From NCBI GenBank assembly GCA_963777125.1, contig CAVZPN010000048.1, positions 1 through 64,000 on the forward strand: a stretch of DNA of 64,000 nt, in the 5' to 3' direction. The notes under the pieces were generated by a model, which was given only the letters and a program-made list of their open reading frames with translations, was not told where the DNA came from and made no database searches. Made by a program: the position numbers and the translations under genes. The first letter of the stretch is position 1. Each line of letters starts with the position of its first letter. Positions 32,941 to 43,182 of the stretch are shown piece by piece. Source of the DNA: an uncultured archaeon (GTDB taxonomy: Archaea; Nanobdellota; Nanobdellia; Woesearchaeales; UBA9642).

Positions 32941-33827
32941 TAACAAATACACTTATTCTAAGATAATAAAATAATTATAAATCAAAGTATAGTTTAATAA
33001 GATACCAGAATAATATTAAAAAAAATAAAAAAATAACCTAACATGTATTAAATCCCTGATTTTTTCGACTATTAATGTCCCGTCCAATACTTTGCATTTT
33101 TCACTAAAACAATTAATCTTCAAGTTTTACTATTGACGATTGTTGAAATTGTTACGACGTTTTGTTGCTATTCATATACTATTTTGTCGTATGCCAATTC
33201 CAGGCCCCATCTTTTTGGTCTTATGAAGATCTTTTAGGGTTCTAGTTTTGCCTTTAAAAAACACTGTTAAATGTTTTTTGCCGTTAAACACATTTTTCAG
33301 GCTAACTTTACTAAGTCCTTGTGCACTATTGTGCGAACTTAATTATAGTCTATACCTCAGTTTTCTAATACTGTTTGTAGTTAGGCATTTTTTATTTCGT
33401 GTTATGTTACTGTTGTCCTTTACGAACTGATGTTTCTTTGCCTTTTTTCTTTCTCTTTTTCCCAAGATTTCTCTGTTTGTCATTTGCGTCATTACTAGTC
33501 ATAAAAATTTCTTTTTATAACGTCATTACTCATTTTTTTGATAAACGGAGTTGGAATGTGAATGGGCCCCCCTAAAGCAAAACTTTAGGAGGTCAGGATT
33601 GCGTGAATACTTTTAGTGTAACTTCGAGTATCTTTCACAATGATGCGGAGGCGATAAACAAGTTTGATGAAATGTTTTACTTATCTACATTTGAAACGTT
33701 TCGGGAATAAAACCAAAGTCTTGCTTTCAGATCCTATTTGTTCGTAACTGACGTTTTAATAGCCTTCGGCTTTGGTCCAAATTAATGGGCTTTGAAGGGT
33801 TGAAACATGCATTAAACCATTCAATGA

Positions 33828-34727
33828 TTAATTTAATGTTTCTACTAGGGTCTTTAATGTTTTATCCAAGTCTTCTAACTTCTCTACTACTTTCGTTTGA
33901 GGTTCAACAGATTTGAAAAAGCTGTATTTATCATACAAATTTTGCATTATCTGTTTACATTCTACAATTGTTGCTGTTATGGACTCTTTTTTCCAATCCG
34001 TTTTCTTATGATCGAATGTCTCTAACATTTCAATCATTCTTGAGAGTGAAAAATTAATACCGTTCAGTATTAATTCTATGCGTAAACTACTGTTTTGTTT
34101 TTGTTCTGTAGTAAGTTTTGTTGTTGCGTGTTCAATATTTTGTAACGCTAATTTGAACATACTTAATGATTGTTCGAAATTTTTTACTTCATTACTAATT
34201 TTTTTTGTTGATTTTGAACTTTCAAGTATTGTTTTGATATCGTTTCTAAATATATACAATTCTGAAATTGCACTATTTGTTGATTCTTCAAAACTTAATT
34301 CTTCAACTTCATATAATATTTCTTCTTGTTTTACTGCGATTATCTTTGCGATAAACACACCTAGCATTGCGATACTAAATATTGCTTCAATCACAACAAA
34401 TAACTTGGAATAACCAAATGGTACAATATCATTGTAACCTATAGTCATTGCTGTAATAAAACTAAAATACATACTATTTCCAAAACCGATTACATCTTTG
34501 GTTAACGGTTCATTATTGCTTGTTAGGGGATGATTAGTAAATGTGAGTCCAAAAAATATTATTCCGAAAAATAATATGCCAACTAGCCATAGTCCTATAA
34601 CTTGAAGTAAGCTGAGCCTGTCAAGTATTGTGAACTGCTTCATTTTCGTTATGGACGTTACTGTTTGTTCGGTTTCAATCGAACATGGATGTTTGGATGT
34701 ATCTAGGTATACGCTTTTGTATACCAA
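33828..34727 (-). CDS. Two-TM potassium-channel-like pore protein with degenerate selectivity filter (TIGYND) and long coiled-coil cytoplasmic tail
   Basis: Outer helix, pore helix, AMTIGYNDIVP (versus canonical T-V/I-G-Y-G-D) and inner helix pattern as in KcsA-type channels. Confidence 0.5.
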   Translation of the reverse strand: MVYKSVYLDTSKHPCSIETEQTVTSITKMKQFTILDRLSLLQVIGLWLVGILFFGIIFFGLTFTNHPLTSNNEPLTKDVIGFGNSMYFSFITAMTIGYNDIVPFGYSKLFVVIEAIFSIAMLGVFIAKIIAVKQEEILYEVEELSFEESTNSAISELYIFRNDIKTILESSKSTKKISNEVKNFEQSLSMFKLALQNIEHATTKLTTEQKQNSSLRIELILNGINFSLSRMIEMLETFDHKKTDWKKESITATIVECKQIMQNLYDKYSFFKSVEPQTKVVEKLEDLDKTLKTLVETLN

Positions 34728-34920
34728 TATCTCTTTTAGTGATTGAACTTATATTTAAATGTTCTGATTTATGCTTAATTGTGCGGGAAAATAACTCAAA
34801 AAAACCTAAAAATAAGCAAAAATATCAATAATAATACTAAAAAATAAGAGAAAAAATTAAACTAAACAAGCATAAAAAAAGAACTAAATCCATAAAAATA
34901 GAATTTAATATTAATTAATA

Positions 34921-35511
34921 TTATTGATCTAATAAAATATATTTCTTATTATTAATCTCTAGTTCATAAGTATGCAAAACTCCTTGGTCTAATACCCCTT
35001 TAGCAATAATGGTAGAATTATTTTTTTTAGCGAGAATTAAGCCACTATAAGCATTAACTAGTGAATCGCCATTAACACAATTATTATTTCTCATATGAAA
35101 GAACGTTGAAGCTTCAATATATTTTGAATCACATTTAATAGAATCAACACTATTAGTTAAAATAAAATTAATATTAAAGGTGGTTTCTTTATGCATAACT
35201 TTTGCTAAAGAATAAATATTATATCGATAATAAGTACTCATATCATCATTAACATATTTAGTTATTGAAGAAACTTTTTCAAGTTTTGCAATTGAACCAA
35301 ATATAGCAACCTTATGACCACGATAATTAGAACTAACAACATCATCTATAGAAGTAAAAACATAATGTTTAGGACGCTTTGCTTTTTCATATTTAAACGA
35401 TATGGTGCAAGCATTTAAAGTTGCCGCAGTAAGACCCAATAAAGAATAATAAGACATATTATTAGATAGTTTGACTAATAATTTATTAAAATTTATCAAA
35501 ATATTACTCAT
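34921..35511 (-). CDS. Secreted or lipoprotein-like hypothetical protein
   Basis: N-terminal hydrophobic signal ending LTAATLNAC (lipobox-like L-x-A-C). Confidence 0.4.
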   Translation of the reverse strand: MSNILINFNKLLVKLSNNMSYYSLLGLTAATLNACTISFKYEKAKRPKHYVFTSIDDVVSSNYRGHKVAIFGSIAKLEKVSSITKYVNDDMSTYYRYNIYSLAKVMHKETTFNINFILTNSVDSIKCDSKYIEASTFFHMRNNNCVNGDSLVNAYSGLILAKKNNSTIIAKGVLDQGVLHTYELEINNKKYILLDQ

Positions 35512-35752
35512 AATAAGATTAAAAAAAAGGAATTATTATAAAGTTTACTATTTATAACTCCTTGCCAGTAGATATTATTAGGAATTAAAATCATGATTAA
35601 CTTTTTAATATAAATATATTTAGCATAACGTAGGCTTAATTCAAATACGAAAGAAAAATTAAAAAAACAACATTATAAGATTTAAGCGAAAGACAAATAA
35701 GAGAAGAAGTAAAAGAAAAAATAAAAATTCGACAAACAACCAAAAATATATT

Positions 35753-37240
35753 CTAACGTTTATAATGAGTTGTTTTCATATTATTATATTCTACACTTGT
35801 CTCTGCTGTCGTTTCATTAGATATAATATTTGTCAAAGTATCTATACCAAAACTAATTAATGATTCATTAACAAACTTAATACGTCTAGTATATGCCAGG
35901 TGGGTTACACAACACCTGTAAGTTCTAACATCATCATTACAATCTTCCCATAATTTAAATTTAGCCATTCCTGGTTTTGTTAAATCCCTTTCTCTTAAAT
36001 GCCTATCAAATGAACCATATTCAGGTAACCATGTCAAAATATTATCCTTAACTAAAGTATTTAATTTTGCATTAGACACGTTAATAAGATTATGCTGTTT
36101 GGCATAAACTATTGATTGAAATTCAAGAAACCCTGGTTCTTTTTTAGTTGATAATTGTGCACATTTTTTAGCCAAATAATCTTTGGCATTTATACTAAGT
36201 AAATTATAGTTAGAAAATAATTTAGTATAATCTCTACCATCTTGAATCTTTACTTGCACACCATTAACAACAGCACAACTTAAAATATCTTGAGAACCAT
36301 AACCAGTTTTAAGTTTAGAACCATAATCCTTAAAATCGTATTTTATACTACGAACACCCTTTAAGAAATTTTGAAACATAATTAATGGATCATCATGTTT
36401 AAGTGCTTTTAATAAAGGCTTAATATTTGACATCTCTTTACAAGCTATTTTATCCACTATACTTTTTAAAATATTTTTTTTAGTAGTATAATACGTTATT
36501 AATTTATCATTATTTGCAACGTAATTAAATAATTTCTTTTCAGAATCAACTAATAAAGCATTAGTTGTTAAAGCAACAGTATTTGAAGGATTATTACGAT
36601 TTTCCAACATATCATCAAATGATTGCATAGCAGAAACAATATTGGAATAAGATTTAGTTGCTTCGCGTGTACGTCTCTCTAAACGATTGGCACGATCATC
36701 ATAATTACATAGACTATTTACTAAACCTCTGCTCCTCAAATTAGGCTTTAATATTGCATCATACTTTTCCATTTCAGATATTGTTGAATTAATATTTTTT
36801 CTAACTAACTGTTCTAAATGTGTTTTATCTAATACGCCATCAGATTGCGAAGTTGAGACCATCTCAGTAACATATTTATCTGCAATCTTTCTTAATTGAT
36901 CAAAAGTTATCCCTTTACGAAGTGTGCCATTTTTATGAAATGCACATGATAATTTATTATTAACATCAACACTTAAATTATTAGCAGTATCTTTAGTATT
37001 TTTAACTAAACTATCTAAAATATTAACAGATTCTTGCCAATTATTAATAATATTATTCATTAATGCTTGATATTTATTATGATAAAAAAACTGTAAAACA
37101 GTATTTTCATAATCTTTCTCTATAGCTAATACTTGCGCAGCATTTTTTTCATTTAATGCATTATATTCATTCATAAATTCTTCATCAGGTTTAACTGATA
37201 CTATCTTTTTTTCTAAGGAATTATTTTTTAATATAGTCAT
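35753..37240 (-). CDS. Large hypothetical protein (495 aa), no signal peptide
   Basis: Intact ORF; C-terminal R-x4-H (RCCVTH) reminiscent of HEPN but unsupported. Confidence 0.45.
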   Translation of the reverse strand: MTILKNNSLEKKIVSVKPDEEFMNEYNALNEKNAAQVLAIEKDYENTVLQFFYHNKYQALMNNIINNWQESVNILDSLVKNTKDTANNLSVDVNNKLSCAFHKNGTLRKGITFDQLRKIADKYVTEMVSTSQSDGVLDKTHLEQLVRKNINSTISEMEKYDAILKPNLRSRGLVNSLCNYDDRANRLERRTREATKSYSNIVSAMQSFDDMLENRNNPSNTVALTTNALLVDSEKKLFNYVANNDKLITYYTTKKNILKSIVDKIACKEMSNIKPLLKALKHDDPLIMFQNFLKGVRSIKYDFKDYGSKLKTGYGSQDILSCAVVNGVQVKIQDGRDYTKLFSNYNLLSINAKDYLAKKCAQLSTKKEPGFLEFQSIVYAKQHNLINVSNAKLNTLVKDNILTWLPEYGSFDRHLRERDLTKPGMAKFKLWEDCNDDVRTYRCCVTHLAYTRRIKFVNESLISFGIDTLTNIISNETTAETSVEYNNMKTTHYKR

Positions 37241-37304
37241 TTTTCATCACCTTTTTTAATCTCCAAAATATTGATCTTCAATCAATAAAAAGTAAAAAAA
37301 TAAA

Positions 37305-37994
37305 TTACTTTTTCAAGTAAACTCCGAGCAATATTGCACCTTCTCCAAGTTTTGCGTTAGTAACTTCTGCTCTAACATAACTCGATACGTGATCTGTGAA
37401 TTTTTTATTTAATTCTAACCATGTTATGTTTTTGATTTTTGCGTCGTAAGGTTTTGTTGTGTTACACCATGCATATCCACTGTATCCGTGTCCAAGATTT
37501 TTTCCAATAAGGAAAGTTACATTTGCCTTATCTTTATTAGCAGTCATTCTAACATAACCAAAATCTGCTCCGACCTTCTTAGAAATTGTTTTATTCAATA
37601 AACCATATTGAACATCAACTATTCCTTTTTTTGTTGTAGTTATTACTGAACATATTCCTGTTCCTGCCCCATTTTTTGTCATAGTTAATGTGTTACTTCC
37701 AAAATATGTTTGGGAATTAAAATTCTCCATTAAATGTAATCCGTCGTACTTGAAAGTTAGTTCATCAATTTTAGCACTTGAACTTACATATACTTCAGTT
37801 CTTGAATCTAAACTTTGATTAGTGCTCTTTAAAGCAGCATCTACTTTTGCATCAAGTTTTAGCTCAATCTTTGACCTATTAGATTCTATTGAATCAGACT
37901 TTATTATTTGTGCCGTTAAAGGACTACAATACATTGTTGTCATTAATGCCGTAGCAGTTATTATTTTTCTAAAATTGTTTTTGAAATTATTCAT
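37305..37994 (-). CDS. Secreted hypothetical protein (beta-rich)
   Basis: N-terminal signal peptide MNNFKNNFRKIITATALMTTMYCSPLTAQ. Confidence 0.45.
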   Translation of the reverse strand: MNNFKNNFRKIITATALMTTMYCSPLTAQIIKSDSIESNRSKIELKLDAKVDAALKSTNQSLDSRTEVYVSSSAKIDELTFKYDGLHLMENFNSQTYFGSNTLTMTKNGAGTGICSVITTTKKGIVDVQYGLLNKTISKKVGADFGYVRMTANKDKANVTFLIGKNLGHGYSGYAWCNTTKPYDAKIKNITWLELNKKFTDHVSSYVRAEVTNAKLGEGAILLGVYLKK

Positions 37995-38152
37995 TTTTCA
38001 TCACCTTCTTTTTACATTATTTTTTTCGTAATTCATAATCGGCTTAGGGTTTCTGTTTAGCCATTGTTTGTTTCTGTTACTATTACTATGTGATAACTAC
38101 TATTTAAACCTTTTTAGCAAAATATTTAAATATTTAATATAAAATATACCTT

Positions 38153-39133
38153 ATGTATCAAAAAAATAAAGAAAGAAAAGATATTTCTACAATTAACCTT
38201 GATTTAAAGGATAAAAAGTTATTACTAGAATTATTTAGCACAGAAAAAAAGTCGAAAATAGAATTAAGCAAAAAGATACTAATTTCAAAAGAAATGCTAA
38301 GTTATAGAGTTAAAAGATTAAAATCAGAAAACATATTACAAAATATTTCTCCAATAATAGATTATTCAAAACTAGGATACCATATTTATAGACTGCAAAT
38401 AAGATATAATTCTATAACACTAGAAAAAAAACAAGAAATCATAAAGTACCTAGAACAAATACCTGAATTAAGCTGGCTTGTGGAACTTGCAGGACCATGG
38501 GATATTGCAATAGGATTTATGATTAGAAATACTGAAGATTTTGAAAAAATATACTCTGATATTATGAAAAATTATGGTAGCATTATACAAAACAAATTAT
38601 TTACAATTATAACAAGTATAGAACACTTATCGCCAAATTATATCTGCCCAGGAACTAGACAAAAACTTGTAACAGGAAAAAACTACGACAACATAATACT
38701 TGAAGAAAATGCAAAAAAGATTATACGAGAATTAAATAAAGATGGTCAATTAACACTAAGCGAACTTGCAAAAAGATTAAAAGTATCGATAAGTACAATA
38801 AAATATCACTTAGAATATTTAGAATTAAAACAAATAATTATAGGATATAAACCAAGCATAAACGCAGCAAAATTAGGTTTTGAACATTTTAAAGTAATGT
38901 TAGAATTAGAGGATATAAGTAAAAAAAATACTGCAAAGGAAATATTAGAACAAAACAATAACGTTACCTACATTACAGAATCATTAGGAAAATACGATTT
39001 AGAATTTGAAGCAGAATTCACAAAAATGGATGAAGTATTAAGACTTATAAAACAATTAAAAGATCAAATAGAATTAAGAAATAGCGAAATAATATTTTCA
39101 AATAAAGAATTAATAGTGAGAGACATAATATGA
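38153..39133 (+). CDS. Tandem (duplicated) Lrp/AsnC-like regulator, paralogue of 26600-27607
   Basis: Two HTH+RAM halves (..YSKLGY, ..AAKLGF). Confidence 0.5.
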   Translation: MYQKNKERKDISTINLDLKDKKLLLELFSTEKKSKIELSKKILISKEMLSYRVKRLKSENILQNISPIIDYSKLGYHIYRLQIRYNSITLEKKQEIIKYLEQIPELSWLVELAGPWDIAIGFMIRNTEDFEKIYSDIMKNYGSIIQNKLFTIITSIEHLSPNYICPGTRQKLVTGKNYDNIILEENAKKIIRELNKDGQLTLSELAKRLKVSISTIKYHLEYLELKQIIIGYKPSINAAKLGFEHFKVMLELEDISKKNTAKEILEQNNNVTYITESLGKYDLEFEAEFTKMDEVLRLIKQLKDQIELRNSEIIFSNKELIVRDII

Positions 39134-40368
39134 GCTTTTTTGGAATATTTAGGAATAGAGAAAAAAGAGTAAAACTATATGAAGAAAAAGATAAGAATAT
39201 TATCGAAGCAATAGGTGCTAAAATAAAGGAATTAAGACAACCAGCCACGCAAACTCTACAACCCACAACTCAACCTATAGAAAAAGAAAAAGAGAGAAAG
39301 AAAATAAAAGTATTAGTATATAATCCAAGCAAATATTTTGAACGAGATATAGCATTCTATAAAATAGGAGTAGAGCTAGATAAGGCATTAAGTCTTGAAG
39401 AATATTTTCTAAAAATATCTACTAAAGAATATACGTCTATATTAATAATCCCTAATGATGATATTAAAGATAAAAATAGTTTAATAAATATGATAAAAGA
39501 GCCAAAACTCAAAAATCGTAATACACAAATATTGTTAGTAGGACCTCATCAATTTACAACTCAAGCAATATCTTACGGCGTAGATTACTTCATTATTTCA
39601 GACAAAGATAGAAAACTCGAATATTTAGGACTAAAAAATATGAACGTTATAAAAACTGGCCTAATATACACTATATGGAAAAGACTTATAGAAAAAGAAA
39701 ATCTCACTCAAAGCGAAACAGAGTTAGTTATTGAAAAAAAAGAATTTTACGAATCAGTAAAAGATATATTCAATATAAGAGCCAAGCAAACAGCAGACGT
39801 AACAAAAGAAGTTAAATTTTTGAATGAAAAATTAAAACAATTTAATTGTAAAAACATACTAGATGCAGGTTGCGGAAATGGTAGACTAACAGAGCCTTTA
39901 GCAAACTTAGGATTTATAATGACTGGAATTGATATAACAGATTCTCTTTTAAAAAGTGCAAAATCACAAAAAGGCAATAGTACAAACTATATCAAACCAA
40001 AATATATTAACATGAGTATACTTAAAACTGAATTCAAATCTAAAGAATTTGATGCAGTAATATTAATGTGGCACGTAATATGCGAATTAAAACAATATCA
40101 GGATGAAATATTTACCGACGTTTATAGAATTTTAAACAATAAAGGAATAATAATATTTGATTTTCCAGACATAGAAAATTATAAGGTGATAAAGAGAGAT
40201 GGAACTTATGAAGATGCAGGAGCAGGATTATTAAAATACAGGGGCATAGTTCCAGAAATAGATAAAATACTAGATATATTAGAATCAAAAGGATTTCAAA
40301 TAATAGAATATCATTGGATAAAATGGGGCATAAATAAATGCATAGTTGTTGCACGTAAAGTACAATAA
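39130..40368 (+). CDS. Class I SAM-dependent methyltransferase with N-terminal flavodoxin/receiver-like domain
   Basis: ILDAGCGNGRLTEPL motif I, post-I acidic residue (GIDITD); start overlaps the upstream regulator by 4 nt (ATGA). Confidence 0.55.
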   Translation: MSFFGIFRNREKRVKLYEEKDKNIIEAIGAKIKELRQPATQTLQPTTQPIEKEKERKKIKVLVYNPSKYFERDIAFYKIGVELDKALSLEEYFLKISTKEYTSILIIPNDDIKDKNSLINMIKEPKLKNRNTQILLVGPHQFTTQAISYGVDYFIISDKDRKLEYLGLKNMNVIKTGLIYTIWKRLIEKENLTQSETELVIEKKEFYESVKDIFNIRAKQTADVTKEVKFLNEKLKQFNCKNILDAGCGNGRLTEPLANLGFIMTGIDITDSLLKSAKSQKGNSTNYIKPKYINMSILKTEFKSKEFDAVILMWHVICELKQYQDEIFTDVYRILNNKGIIIFDFPDIENYKVIKRDGTYEDAGAGLLKYRGIVPEIDKILDILESKGFQIIEYHWIKWGINKCIVVARKVQ

Positions 40369-40428
40369 ACAAAAGAAACAATAACATTTATATAAATAAA
40401 TCCTAAAGATTAGTAAAAAAGAGGACAT

Positions 40429-40935
40429 ATGAAGATAAATAAGCTCGATTTATTAACAAAGGGATGGAAAGCCTCAGAAATAGAACATGCATCAAAAATA
40501 ATTGAGGAAGCAGAAGATAAGAAAGATGCTAAATTTAAATTCATTGACGTATTATTATTTACAATCATGGGCAGTATAATGATTGCTAATGGTTTTGTAA
40601 GTTCTATGTTACTAGTGCCATTTATATATGCAACAAAAATAATATTTAGCATAATTCTAGCCATGATTATGGGCTTTATATTCAGCGCATTATTAACATT
40701 TGTAATATACGATATAGAACGAATACATCATAAACATGAAACAAATTTATTTATAGCGTTTATTACTAGTGGTGTTGTAAATTTCTACTTAATACTAGAA
40801 TTTACAGCAAGATTCGGAAAAACTACAGGCATTACATTAACTGAAAACATATTTATAATTGCTGGAGCATATCTAATAGCATTTTTAATACCTCATGCAA
40901 TATACAGAATACTTGGTGCTAAAAAAAACGAATAA
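40429..40935 (+). CDS. Polytopic membrane protein, hypothetical
   Basis: 4-5 hydrophobic helices. Confidence 0.45.
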   Translation: MKINKLDLLTKGWKASEIEHASKIIEEAEDKKDAKFKFIDVLLFTIMGSIMIANGFVSSMLLVPFIYATKIIFSIILAMIMGFIFSALLTFVIYDIERIHHKHETNLFIAFITSGVVNFYLILEFTARFGKTTGITLTENIFIIAGAYLIAFLIPHAIYRILGAKKNE

Positions 40936-41015
40936 ATTAGTAAAATATAACTCAATATGTTAGAGAACAACAACAAATTAAAAATATTTAAAAACTAACA
41001 CAATTAACGTGCAAC

Positions 41016-41507
41016 ATGAACAAAGAACTAATAGATTGGACGATAAACTATGTTAAAAATAAAGACTTAACATTTAGAAAATTAGTTAAATACACTCAAA
41101 AAGAAGATCATATAGAATTCGAATTCAAAGATAAAAAAATAATATACATCATTGTAGATAAATTAACTGAAGATGTCTTTAATTCTATAAAAAATATAGA
41201 ACATAAAACATTAGTTTGTCCAAACGTTGAAGATAATTTTAAATTCTTAATAAAACATTGGGAAAAACTCGCAGACACTAAAAATTTAAGTATCTTATTT
41301 GTTAATCTAAAAATAGGAGATAAATGGATAATAAATCCTCACACACATTCAATGATTGCAGATCCTGATAGCATAGAATCCGGTCTTCGAACAATGTTTG
41401 ATACTGCAAATGGAAAAGTTGCTGAAATAAAAGCAGGAAAAAAGAAAGCTTCGATGTTTGAAGAAGGAACTAGCACTGAAGACGACGATGCAAGTGATGA
41501 TGATTAA
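41016..41507 (+). CDS. Hypothetical protein with acidic C-terminal tail
   Basis: Intact ORF ending EDDDASDDD. Confidence 0.4.
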   Translation: MNKELIDWTINYVKNKDLTFRKLVKYTQKEDHIEFEFKDKKIIYIIVDKLTEDVFNSIKNIEHKTLVCPNVEDNFKFLIKHWEKLADTKNLSILFVNLKIGDKWIINPHTHSMIADPDSIESGLRTMFDTANGKVAEIKAGKKKASMFEEGTSTEDDDASDDD

Positions 41508-41532
41508 TCAGAAATAGAACTTAAAAATAAAA

Positions 41533-41901
41533 TTAATACATTTCTTCTAAAGCAAGTAATGCTTCATTTATTGTCTTAACATTAGATAAATAATATTTCA
41601 ATCCTTTAGAAGTTGGACGATAAGTTTTATTTATACTATCCGAACTTATTTCAAATTGTAAATATTCTTTTTTAGCTAAAATAATTAAATCCTGTACGCA
41701 AGCCGTGGAAGTTTCTATAGGTAATCCGGTTGGAATATTGGCTAAGATAGTATTTACTGCTACAGCGTTTTTACCGCCATTTTTATCAAACTCAGAAACA
41801 ACTAAAGATAAGACTAAAAATCTTCTATAAGTATCTCCAAGCTTAATATTTCCTACGAATGTCAATTGCTTTTTAGAACCTGAATTAAACCAACCAGCCA
41901 T
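41533..41901 (-). CDS. Hypothetical protein
   Basis: Intact 122-aa ORF. Confidence 0.4.
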   Translation of the reverse strand: MAGWFNSGSKKQLTFVGNIKLGDTYRRFLVLSLVVSEFDKNGGKNAVAVNTILANIPTGLPIETSTACVQDLIILAKKEYLQFEISSDSINKTYRPTSKGLKYYLSNVKTINEALLALEEMY

Positions 41902-41957
41902 TATTTCACCACATCCATAATAAAATTAAATATTAAAACAAAAAATAAAAGAATAAC

Positions 41958-42221
41958 TTATTCTCCTTCCGGAGCATTAGGTATTGCTTGTCTATTGATA
42001 ATCATTATATCACCAATACTTTTTACTAAATTGTGAGGTATAATGACTCCTTTAGCTGAGCCTAATACTTTGTTTAAGAATGAATTCTTTGTTGCTCGAA
42101 CTCTCCAGCCAACAATTTTAGTACTTTGTATGATTGCTTCTTCAACATCACCAAAATAATCTCCAGTATCAGTAAAAACTCTCATCTCGTATGTTTCGGA
42201 AACTTTTTTCATTTTCAACAT
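41958..42221 (-). CDS. PRC-barrel domain protein
   Basis: Short beta-barrel pattern G..V.D..G..VG.V.D; 87 aa. Confidence 0.45.
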   Translation of the reverse strand: MLKMKKVSETYEMRVFTDTGDYFGDVEEAIIQSTKIVGWRVRATKNSFLNKVLGSAKGVIIPHNLVKSIGDIMIINRQAIPNAPEGE

Positions 42222-42269
42222 TTTAAATCACCTGCTATGCATTAACTACTCTATAAATAATATCATTAT

Positions 42270-42908
42270 TTATATAAGTTTCGATTTTAAGACTTCTTGT
42301 GATAAGGGTTTAAAAACAAAAGCCACTTCATCATCAAAATAACCGCATCTAAATTTATCCATAGAAATGCCTGTTCTTTGACTTAACATTAGAGCATAAA
42401 AGTTTGTTTGAGTCGAAGCATATTTCTCTTTAGCGGCATGTGGCTTATAATCCCACACCCAAACCAAACCATCTTCTATTCTTAAAGCATCAATATGCCC
42501 TGTTAACACCTCAGTTGTGTTAAAAAAATGCATATAATCAACTAATTCATCGTGCTTTAACCAAATAGGAACTTCAATACTAATTGTTTTAGTATCATTT
42601 TGTAACATAAACATTTGAACATTACTATGGGCTGTTGTAAATCTATTCTCGCTAAGTCCATGATTTGCAAGAGCACACACTTCGTGATTAGCAACTTTTA
42701 CTAAGGGAACATCAAATCTCATTCGAAGAGAACTACTTCTTGGACCTTTTTCAAAATATTCGTTAGGACAATTATCTTTTACATGATACAAATACTCAGA
42801 AATAGCACTCAAATTAATATCATTATCACAACATAATTGTTTTGTTTTTAGAGAATGTATCCTATAATGATACCACCAACCATGCTTAAAAGACTTATTT
42901 ATAATCAT
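42270..42908 (-). CDS. PD-(D/E)XK nuclease superfamily protein (RecB/Cas4-like core)
   Basis: HIDALRIEDGLVWVWDYK (D...E.K) followed by QTNFYALM (QxxxY). Confidence 0.5.
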   Translation of the reverse strand: MIINKSFKHGWWYHYRIHSLKTKQLCCDNDINLSAISEYLYHVKDNCPNEYFEKGPRSSSLRMRFDVPLVKVANHEVCALANHGLSENRFTTAHSNVQMFMLQNDTKTISIEVPIWLKHDELVDYMHFFNTTEVLTGHIDALRIEDGLVWVWDYKPHAAKEKYASTQTNFYALMLSQRTGISMDKFRCGYFDDEVAFVFKPLSQEVLKSKLI

Positions 42909-42994
42909 ATATTTAAGATAAAAAAATTTAGAATAAAAAGGTTATGAATAAGAATAAAACAAATAATTATTAAGATAAATATTAAAAAGATCAT

Positions 42995-43182
42995 AAAAAT
43001 TCGCTGAAAGTGTCCTACTCCACACTAAAGTGCGAAGTTTGATCGAACACTTTCTTAATCGCGAATCCCCAAAAAATGCGTAGCATTTTTGGGCCCAAGA
43101 AAAGCACGGCTTTTCTGTGGGTTTTAGGATACAAAGAAAACCAAAGGTTTTCTTGTACAAAAAATTTATAATTTTTTTGTAC
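42995..43182. repeat. Structured multi-hairpin repeat element, copy A
   Basis: Shares AAAAAYTCGC ... CTTAATCGCGARTT frame and downstream hairpin modules with copies B and C. Confidence 0.7.

Noticed and set aside
32941-33827. RNase P RNA or SRP RNA in the GC-elevated ORF-free segment
   Set aside because: I searched both strands by eye for the universal P4 (AGGAAAGTCCGGGC, ACAGAA.CCGGCTTA) and SRP helix-8 (CAGG.CCGGAAGG.AGCAGC) motifs and found none; the segment is kept only as an unexplained candidate ncRNA or decayed region.
42942-43160. 72-aa minus-strand ORF (MYKKTFGFLCIL...)
   Set aside because: Lies entirely within structured repeat copy A, has a Cys/Trp/Phe-rich composition unlike the genes here, and has no equivalent ORF in copies B or C; most likely a chance ORF across an RNA or repeat element.
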